Part shown: piece after piece, positions 57,463 through 64,000 of the stretch
How the letters are laid out: every line of letters starts with the position of its first letter
How positions within the stretch are numbered: the stretch's first letter is position 1
Assembly: GCA_023380755.1 (NCBI GenBank)
Contig: JAMCSD010000008.1
Span: forward strand, 24,592 to 88,591
From: Patescibacteria group bacterium
GTDB taxonomy: Bacteria; Patescibacteriota; Microgenomatia; UBA12405
Length of the DNA: 64,000 nt
Direction of reading: 5' to 3'
Position numbers and translations under genes: made by a program
The notes under the pieces: model-generated
What the model was told of the DNA's origin: nothing
Database searches by the model: none
The model's input: the letters and a program-made list of their open reading frames with translations, nothing else

Positions 57463-59799
57463 TTACATACTAGAAAAACGGGCAAAAATCACAAAGATAC
57501 TGAGAAAAGCAGAAACCATAATATACGGAGCCAAAGTAGAAACCCAATTATAACGACCGGGACGATAGAGCTTGAGGGTCAGGGAGTTGGTAACCACGGA
57601 AACAGAAGAAAGAGCCATGGCCAGACCAGCCAGCTCGGGTTTTAAGATTAAACCAAAGGAAGCCAGAGCCCGGGCGGCAATGGGAATACCTAAAACATTG
57701 TAAAAGAGAGCAAAAAACATATTCTGTTTAATCTTGCCAACAGTTTGGCGAGAAAGATCGATGGCGGTTAAGACACCACGAAGGTCATTGCTCATAATGA
57801 CGACACTCCCCGCTTCCATAGCGACATCAGCACCGCTGGCCATGGCCAGACCAAGATTGGCTTGGGTGAGGGCGGGAGCATCATTAATGCCATCGCCAAC
57901 CATGGCAACAGTAAGACCCTGATCTTGAAGAGCTTTGACCTCAGCGGCTTTATTTTGGGGTAAGACTTCAGCCAAGACATGAGTAATCCCCAACTCTCGG
58001 CCGATAGCCTCGGCGGTACGGCGGTTATCGCCAGTAATCATATAGACAGTAATGCCCATTTTTTGGAGTTTTTTGATAACTTCGGCTGACGTTTCTTTGA
58101 GCTGGTCGGCAACAGCAATCAGAGCCAAGACTTTAGAGTCGGAGGACAAAGCCATGACCGTTTTGCCTTGGGACTGCAACTCCTCGATTTGAGAAGTGGA
58201 GGTTTCGGGTTTGGAAACTAAATACTTTTGGCCGTTAATCTCGGCAGTAACACCGTGGCCGGGAAGAGCGGAGAAATTAGTAATTAGAAGTTGGGAATTA
58301 GGAATTAGTTTTTTGCAGTATTCAACTATGGCGGCGGCCAGGGGGTGTTCGGAACGAGATTCAATGGCGTGGAGGATAGATAAAATTTCTGAATCCGGTT
58401 TATTGGATAAATTAATAAAATCGGTGACCTCAGGCTTACCTTTAGTGAGAGTACCGGTTTTATCAAAGATAATACAATTAACTTTTTGAGCAATTTCGAG
58501 GGGCTCGCCACCTTTAATGAGGACACCATACTCGGCGCCCTTGCCAGTACCGACCATAATTGAAGTGGGGGTGGCCAGGCCCAAGGCACAAGGACAGGCA
58601 ATGACAATGACGGCAACAAAGGTTAAAAGGGAAAAGGTTAAGGTGGCATGCAACAAGAAAAACCAGATAACAAAGCTGAGAAGGGCGAGGCTAATGACTG
58701 AAGGCACAAAGATGGCGGAAATACGGTCGGCAAAGTCCTGGATGGGGGCTTTGGAACCTTGGGCGTCTTCAATTAACTTAATGATCTGAGAAAGAGCAGT
58801 ATCGGCACCAATTTTGGTAGTCCGAAACTCAAAGGAACCGGTCTTATTGATAGTAGCGGTATAAACTTTAGAGCCAACAGTTTTTTCCACGGGTAAAGAT
58901 TCGCCAGTCAGAATAGATTCGTCGACCGCGGAGTAACCAGAGACAATTTCCCCATCGACAGGAATGCGATCACCAGGACGGATAACAACAATATCGCCCA
59001 GAACAACTTGTTCGACCGGCACTTCAATAAGTTCATTGTTCCTTTTAACATGGGCAGTTTTAGGAGCCAGACCCATGAGTTTTTGAATAGCTTCGGAAGT
59101 TTTACCCTTAGCCCGGGCTTCAAGCCATTTACCCAGAGAGACAAAGGTAATTAAAAAAGAGGCAACTTCAAAATAAAGATTAGGAACTTTGGCGCCGTTG
59201 AGACCCAGAAGCGAATGAGTGGTGAGGAAATAGGAAAGGTACTCAATTAAGCTGTAAACATAGGCAGTACCGGTGCCAATAGCAATTAAACTATCCATGG
59301 AAAAGGTGCGAACCTTAAGGGCCGAGAAAGCACCGGCAAAGAAATTGCTGCCAACATAAAATAAAACCGGAGTCGACAAGAGAAGAGAAATTAAACCAGC
59401 ATAAGGCATGATAACCATCCTGAAGGGCAGAGCCGGGATAAAGTCATAAAGCATGAACAAAAGCATGGGGAAGCTAAGCAAAACGCCAAGACTAAACTTT
59501 TGCCGCCAATAGTTCATTTCAGCTAAACGCTTTTCGCGAGGGGTAACACTTGGATTAGGCAGAGAGGCGTGGTAGCCGGCGACTTCAACGGCCTTAATTA
59601 AATCAGCAACTTTGGCAGTAGAAGGATCATAAACGACATGGGCTTTCTCGGAGGCATAATTGACATTGGCCTCGGTGACACCGGGAACCTTGGAAACGGA
59701 TTTTTTGATTAGCAGAGCACAACTGGCACAATGCATGCCGGTAATATCGAGGTTGGCAACTTGTCGTCCACCAGAGGTGGATTTCACATCGTTTGACAT
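57463..59799 (-). CDS. copA: Cu(I)-translocating P1B-1 ATPase
   Basis: GMHCASC HMA, TGES, CPC, DKTGT, SEHP, GDGIND, YN, MALSS. Confidence 0.96.
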   Translation of the reverse strand: MSNDVKSTSGGRQVANLDITGMHCASCALLIKKSVSKVPGVTEANVNYASEKAHVVYDPSTAKVADLIKAVEVAGYHASLPNPSVTPREKRLAEMNYWRQKFSLGVLLSFPMLLFMLYDFIPALPFRMVIMPYAGLISLLLSTPVLFYVGSNFFAGAFSALKVRTFSMDSLIAIGTGTAYVYSLIEYLSYFLTTHSLLGLNGAKVPNLYFEVASFLITFVSLGKWLEARAKGKTSEAIQKLMGLAPKTAHVKRNNELIEVPVEQVVLGDIVVIRPGDRIPVDGEIVSGYSAVDESILTGESLPVEKTVGSKVYTATINKTGSFEFRTTKIGADTALSQIIKLIEDAQGSKAPIQDFADRISAIFVPSVISLALLSFVIWFFLLHATLTFSLLTFVAVIVIACPCALGLATPTSIMVGTGKGAEYGVLIKGGEPLEIAQKVNCIIFDKTGTLTKGKPEVTDFINLSNKPDSEILSILHAIESRSEHPLAAAIVEYCKKLIPNSQLLITNFSALPGHGVTAEINGQKYLVSKPETSTSQIEELQSQGKTVMALSSDSKVLALIAVADQLKETSAEVIKKLQKMGITVYMITGDNRRTAEAIGRELGITHVLAEVLPQNKAAEVKALQDQGLTVAMVGDGINDAPALTQANLGLAMASGADVAMEAGSVVIMSNDLRGVLTAIDLSRQTVGKIKQNMFFALFYNVLGIPIAARALASFGLILKPELAGLAMALSSVSVVTNSLTLKLYRPGRYNWVSTLAPYIMVSAFLSIFVIFARFSSM

Positions 59800-59800
59800 A

Positions 59801-60028
59801 TTAAGCTAGAGGTTCGACGACTGGCGTGTAGCCAGTATCTTTAATAACTTGAGACAATTGCTCGGGTTTAACCGCCGTGGGATCGTATTCGATAGTCACT
59901 TTTTTGGTTTCTAAAGAAGCCTGGACACTGGAAACGCCTGGGGTTTCCTCAAGATTCATCTGAATAATTTTGGGACAAGAAGGACAGTGCATATCGTTGA
60001 CCCGATAGGTAATTATTTGAGTGGTCAT
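59801..60028 (-). CDS. copZ: Copper chaperone (HMA)
   Basis: DMHCPSC ... GY, 75 aa. Confidence 0.9.
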   Translation of the reverse strand: MTTQIITYRVNDMHCPSCPKIIQMNLEETPGVSSVQASLETKKVTIEYDPTAVKPEQLSQVIKDTGYTPVVEPLA

Positions 60029-60070
60029 ATGATTATTTTAAATTTCTAATTTCTAATGTCTACTGATTAA

Positions 60071-61585
60071 TTAATGACAGGAATTACCGCCTCCCCCGCC
60101 ACAACCACAGCCCTTAGCTCCGGAACCAACCGGCTGAGCGGCACCAGAAGTAGTACCACTATAACCGTTAGCATCAATCACAGTAATAGTACCGGTATAC
60201 ATGCCCATAGTGCAGCTAAAGCGATAGACGCCGGGAGTAGTGGGAGTAAATTCTTTAGTGACAGTTTGGCCAGGAATAGTGTCGATACGACCAGAAAAGA
60301 GGCCCTGAGAAACAATGGAGGAAGCACAACCAGCACTACCATCATTGCTAATCTGCCAAGAAACGGGGGTGCCGGCTTTGACCGTAAACTGATTGGGGGT
60401 GTAACCAGCAGAAGTAACGGTCATGGTAATCACCTGTTTACCGTTAACCTGAGGAACAAGGGCAGCCTGAGCGGTGTTAGCGGAAGAAGAAGTAGCTTGG
60501 GTGGTAGGAACTAAGGAAGAAAAACTGGGTAAACCGATAACGGTAAGCTGATTATTGATATTGAAAAGAGCAAAAAACAAGACTAAATAACCGGCAATAA
60601 CAGAGAATTTAGCGGAAGTTTCGGGGTTACTATGAAGTTTAACACTACTATAGCCAATGGCTATAAGCCCAGGAATAGTGCCAATAGCAAAGAGGCCCAT
60701 AATCAGAGCACCGGTGAGCGGGTTGCCAGAAGCTAACGCCAGGGCTTGAGCAGTAATAGTAAACCCACAAGGTAGTAAAAAGGTGAGAGCGCCCATGAGA
60801 AAAGGGGCAAATTTGCCGGTGAAATTTGATTCATCGCTAATGCTGCCGGTAATAGACTTGGGGAGGCTGATTTGGAACTGAGCCAAGGATCTGACCCCCA
60901 ACATTTGGAGACCTAAAAGAATCATGACGGCGGAAACCGCAATAATCAAGAGGGCGGTAAAAAGGGGTGACAACTGGAAGACATTACCAACCAAGCCCAG
61001 AAGAGCACCGCCAGCAGCGTAACCGACCACCCGGCCGGTATTGAATAAAATGTGAGGCTGCATTTTTTGAAGAGTGTCGTCGCTATTGCCAAAATTCCCC
61101 ACCCACTGCTTACTAACGGAAAGAATAATGCCACCCACCAGGGCAGCACAACTACTAAAGCCAGCCAAAAGGCCAAAAATTAAGAAAACGGGAAGCGCAG
61201 TGCCGGCACCAACCGAGACCAGAGAGGTTAAACCGGTTTTATCGAGGAACAAAAAGCCAATGATAATAATGCCAGCAATAAAAAGGCTAGAAAGAGGGTT
61301 GCTTTGAGGGACAGCACAGGTAGAGTCTAAGGCGACAGCTCGGGAGGAAGAAAAAGGGGTAGTAGAAAAGCGATAATGGTCATCATGGAAAAGTTTAGAT
61401 AAGTATTTGGCGGTGAGGCGATCCCCGGACTGGTGCTCGATAATGACTTGGTTTTTGGACAAAGAGGCATCAACCATTTCGACGGTCGGCTCTTTGATAA
61501 TCTTTTTTTCAATTAAAATTTCGCAGGAAGCGCAATGCATACCGCGAATGTAAAAAGTGGAACGGATGAGTTTGGTTGATGACAT
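60071..61585 (-). CDS. HMA + DsbD_2 (TauE/SafE-like) + cupredoxin fusion
   Basis: GMHCASCE; SSC...GG and LPCG TM cysteines; FSC.MGMY.G; tail GCGCGG..CH. Start moved to 61585. Confidence 0.9.
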   Translation of the reverse strand: MSSTKLIRSTFYIRGMHCASCEILIEKKIIKEPTVEMVDASLSKNQVIIEHQSGDRLTAKYLSKLFHDDHYRFSTTPFSSSRAVALDSTCAVPQSNPLSSLFIAGIIIIGFLFLDKTGLTSLVSVGAGTALPVFLIFGLLAGFSSCAALVGGIILSVSKQWVGNFGNSDDTLQKMQPHILFNTGRVVGYAAGGALLGLVGNVFQLSPLFTALLIIAVSAVMILLGLQMLGVRSLAQFQISLPKSITGSISDESNFTGKFAPFLMGALTFLLPCGFTITAQALALASGNPLTGALIMGLFAIGTIPGLIAIGYSSVKLHSNPETSAKFSVIAGYLVLFFALFNINNQLTVIGLPSFSSLVPTTQATSSSANTAQAALVPQVNGKQVITMTVTSAGYTPNQFTVKAGTPVSWQISNDGSAGCASSIVSQGLFSGRIDTIPGQTVTKEFTPTTPGVYRFSCTMGMYTGTITVIDANGYSGTTSGAAQPVGSGAKGCGCGGGGGNSCH

Positions 61586-61601
61586 ACTACAGAGTGTAGT
61601 A
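61585..61601. promoter_or_regulatory. Putative BlaI operator (perfect palindrome)
   Basis: ACATACTACA-GAG-TGTAGTATGT (61582-61604), overlapping the start codon. Confidence 0.85.
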
Positions 61602-61628
61602 TGTACTCTGGATATCGTCAAGGGGGAA

Positions 61629-62546
61629 TTATAAACAAGGGGTAGAAGAAAGACGGTCCATGACTTGAGTGTGGGTGGTTTGGGAAGTAAAAAGAGTCTG
61701 CCAACAACGGCTGAGGTGGCGACAATCATAAAAAGCAGAGGTGGTCGAAAGAGTGGTAAGAGCAAAGAAAAGAATAACCACCAGGCCACCAAGACCAGTG
61801 AATAAGGCAAACAAATTAGGACGAGAACGGCCGACCAGAGCGGCAAAACGTTCGTGTTGGGCACTAAAATGGGAGGCAACGGCATATTCGGGAACGGCAG
61901 CAGACTGAATAGCAACAAGAGCAGAAATTAAAGGTTTGTTAGTGCCTAAGCGGGAAGCAGCATAAAGGTCAGCCGAAATTTCACTTAAAGTGTCAAAGTG
62001 GCCAAAGAGCCAACCAGAACCAAAGAAGGGAGGTAAAACAGAATTTACCAATTTAAGGAGGATTTTTTTGAGCGGATCGAGTTCTTGGCGATGGAGTTCT
62101 TCGTGATACAAAATTGAAGCAAGCTCATCGGAAGAAAAAGTATCAATGGTGGGAGTACTAACAAATACCTGAGGATAGAGGAAGCCGAGAGTAAAAGCTT
62201 CAAGCCGGGAAGAGGGTAAAACGGTGTAAGAACCGGAGCTAAGAGAAGAGTGTTTTTGAAGAAAGCGGCGGGTGTGAAAAACTTCGAGAAAAAAACAGAA
62301 GACGGCCCGGATAAGGCGGCAAGAAAGATAGAGAACGGCCAAGAGGGAAAGAAAATTAAAGAGGACAGAAATGAAAGAGAGATTAAAAGGGAGATGATTC
62401 TTAAGAGAATCAGCCAGAGTAATGAAGTACATTAAATTACTGCGAAGTATCCGATCGGAGATAACAAAGAAACCGAAGAGGTAACCAAGGCCTAACAAAA
62501 AAAGCAAGGTAAAAAGAGTATTTTTGGCAAGTAAATACTTTTTCAT
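61629..62546 (-). CDS. M56 (BlaR1-like) membrane metallopeptidase
   Basis: AFTLGF..P.VFVS, ILYHEELH...DP (HExxH), E..AD..A; no penicillin-binding domain. Confidence 0.88.
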   Translation of the reverse strand: MKKYLLAKNTLFTLLFLLGLGYLFGFFVISDRILRSNLMYFITLADSLKNHLPFNLSFISVLFNFLSLLAVLYLSCRLIRAVFCFFLEVFHTRRFLQKHSSLSSGSYTVLPSSRLEAFTLGFLYPQVFVSTPTIDTFSSDELASILYHEELHRQELDPLKKILLKLVNSVLPPFFGSGWLFGHFDTLSEISADLYAASRLGTNKPLISALVAIQSAAVPEYAVASHFSAQHERFAALVGRSRPNLFALFTGLGGLVVILFFALTTLSTTSAFYDCRHLSRCWQTLFTSQTTHTQVMDRLSSTPCL

Positions 62547-62908
62547 GAATGATCTTTTAAATAGGACTTAAGAAGTTCTAAATCCTTTTTGTTGGACTTA
62601 ACGACATCGACAAACTGAGAAATGGCCAGATCTTTGTAAGAACCAACCAAAGTGTCGTAAATGGAAGAAAGGTTATCTTTGATAAATTTATTTTTATCCT
62701 CAGCCGGTTTATAAACATAAGCTTTACCGACCAGTTGCCGTTTGAGGATTTTTTTATCGGTCATGCGTTTGAGCTCAGTCATGATAGTAGTGTAGGCATA
62801 CTTATCCCCTAGCGAAGACAAGACTTCGGCGGGTTTTAGGGGGTGATCGGCGGCCCAAATGACATCCATGATTTTTTGCTCGAGGGTACCCAAGATTTGA
62901 TGAGACAT
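62543..62908 (-). CDS. BlaI/MecI/CopY family repressor
   Basis: LG.LEQKIM.VIW, AYTTIMT.L.R...K..L.R...GKAY.Y. Start moved to 62908. Confidence 0.93.
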   Translation of the reverse strand: MSHQILGTLEQKIMDVIWAADHPLKPAEVLSSLGDKYAYTTIMTELKRMTDKKILKRQLVGKAYVYKPAEDKNKFIKDNLSSIYDTLVGSYKDLAISQFVDVVKSNKKDLELLKSYLKDHS

Positions 62909-62924
62909 ACTATGTATTGTAGTA
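62908..62924. promoter_or_regulatory. Putative BlaI autoregulatory operator
   Basis: TACTATG-TAT-TGTAGTA over the -10 region and start; minus-strand TTGACA at 62939-62944. Confidence 0.75.
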
Positions 62925-63467
62925 GTAGAGATGGGCTTTGTCAAAGATAGACAAGAGCCGAAAGAAAGCCCATATCTTTATAATCCCCTGTTTGGCGGCG
63001 GCTTTGACTTTTTCAAGCGACCAAAATTCCAAAGGAATATCGGTTTCATCAAATTCAGGATTTTTGACAGTAAGACCAGAGATAGAGGCCTGAACAACAA
63101 AAGCCCTCATAGTACAAAAACCGGGCTGAGGATAAATTTGGCCACAAAGAGTAAGATCTTTTAGTTGGTAACCGGTTTCTTCCTGAACTTCACGAACAGC
63201 AGCAGCAAGCGGATCTTCACCTTCGTTGAGGAAACCAGCCGGAAGTTCATAAACAAAGTCATCAACTCCCCAGCGGTACTGTTTTTCAACCAAAATTTCG
63301 TGGCGATCGTTGGTAACAAAAACTAAAACATAATCCTTACGGATAAGCTGATAAAAATGCCGGGCTTTTTGGCCATCAGGAAGAAGATAATCGTTGTCTT
63401 GAACAGAAAGATAAGGGGTGGAAAGAAGATTTTTAGAAGAAAGAAGGCGCCATTTTTTATCACTCAT
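62910..63467 (-). CDS. NUDIX hydrolase (ADP-ribose pyrophosphatase-like); 3' end probably frameshifted
   Basis: QYR, ELPAG...GE....AA.REV.EETG. Confidence 0.9.
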   Translation of the reverse strand: MSDKKWRLLSSKNLLSTPYLSVQDNDYLLPDGQKARHFYQLIRKDYVLVFVTNDRHEILVEKQYRWGVDDFVYELPAGFLNEGEDPLAAAVREVQEETGYQLKDLTLCGQIYPQPGFCTMRAFVVQASISGLTVKNPEFDETDIPLEFWSLEKVKAAAKQGIIKIWAFFRLLSIFDKAHLYYYNT

Positions 63468-63509
63468 GGATCAATTATAGCCGAGAAGGCAAATGCTAAA
63501 ATGAGGTAT

Positions 63510-64000
63510 ATGTCAGAAACACAAAAGAACCTGGTTAAAGCGTTTGCCGGAGAAAGCCAGGCGAGAAATAAGTACACGGTGTTTGGAGGGCTGGCGCGAA
63601 AAGAAGGCCTAGAGTGGATTGCCAGGGTTTTTGAAGAAACAGCAGAAGAAGAACGGGTGCACGCCAAGGAGTTGTGGGAGCTGCTGCGAGAAAGCACTAA
63701 AGTGGAAGGGGTGGAATTGGACAACAAGCCTTACGGAAAGACCAGTGAAAACCTAAAGGCAGCAGCCACCGGAGAAAGATATGAATGGACAACGATGTAT
63801 CCGGAGTTTGAAAAGGCAGCCAAAAAGGAAGGAGAGAAAGAGGCGGAGAGATTATTTGGGGCATTAAAGGAAGTGGAAGAAGAGCACGAAGAAAGATATT
63901 TGATTATAGTAAGACACCTGGACGAAAAAACACTATACGACCAGGAAGCGGAGTTGACTTGGAAATGCGTTAACTGCGGCTATATATATACGGGAAAAAC
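63510..64000 (+). CDS. rbr: Rubrerythrin (3' partial; absent from the ORF track)
   Basis: MSETQKNLVKAFAGESQARNKY..EERVHA..GERYEWTTMYPEF..EEEHE..WKCVNCGY. Confidence 0.95.
   Translation, partial: MSETQKNLVKAFAGESQARNKYTVFGGLARKEGLEWIARVFEETAEEERVHAKELWELLRESTKVEGVELDNKPYGKTSENLKAAATGERYEWTTMYPEFEKAAKKEGEKEAERLFGALKEVEEEHEERYLIIVRHLDEKTLYDQEAELTWKCVNCGYIYTGK

Noticed and set aside
61586..61918. N-terminal extension of the HMA-DsbD_2 ORF
   Set aside because: Overlaps the M56 gene; the operator and HMA motif place the start at 61585.
2913..63164. Numerous short ORFs nested in or antisense to well-supported genes
   Set aside because: No motifs; explained as alternative-frame shadows.
63464..63727. 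87-aa minus-strand ORF
   Set aside because: Antisense shadow of rubrerythrin.
1..64000. CRISPR array, rRNA, transposase, integrase or prophage structural module
   Set aside because: No regularly spaced repeats, rRNA signatures or such ORFs were recognised by eye.

Overview
Gene-dense bacterial chromosome segment, probably CPR/Patescibacteria (Microgenomates-like). That assignment is inferred from gene content, many small orphan ORFs, mostly leaderless-looking promoters and a strong strand-linked purine skew; no marker gene is present. Bases 1-~8090 form an AT-rich, defence-island-like block: an HNH-RecQ fusion, an XRE regulator, a membrane-tailed HsdR_N-like nuclease, a 1144-aa membrane protein whose C-terminus looks like an encapsulin/HK97 capsid fold, and DUF2321. 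The middle holds mixed housekeeping and accessory genes: tRNA-Ser(GGA), RRM, CarD-like, DEAD-box helicase, tdk, an HTH + MORC-like GHKL ATPase pair, zwf/ahpC, a RecD-like helicase, GH26, GH8, GT39, rnhB and bcp. The right end (~49.9-64 kb) is a copper/thiol-redox island with a CueR-like regulator, DsbA, a two-component system, CopA, CopZ, an HMA-DsbD_2-cupredoxin fusion, a BlaR-like M56 peptidase, BlaI and rubrerythrin. Top leads: (1) the membrane-anchored HK97-fold protein; (2) a perfect 31-bp inverted repeat made of the first 31 nt of rnhB, bracketing the gene; (3) a BlaI/BlaR pair with five TACTAC-N5-GTAGTA operators on copper/disulfide genes; (4) the HNH-RecQ fusion; (5) palindromic -10 boxes that appear to drive divergent leaderless genes. 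All calls were made by eye; no database searches were run. Where I moved a start codon from the ORF track, the evidence field says so.
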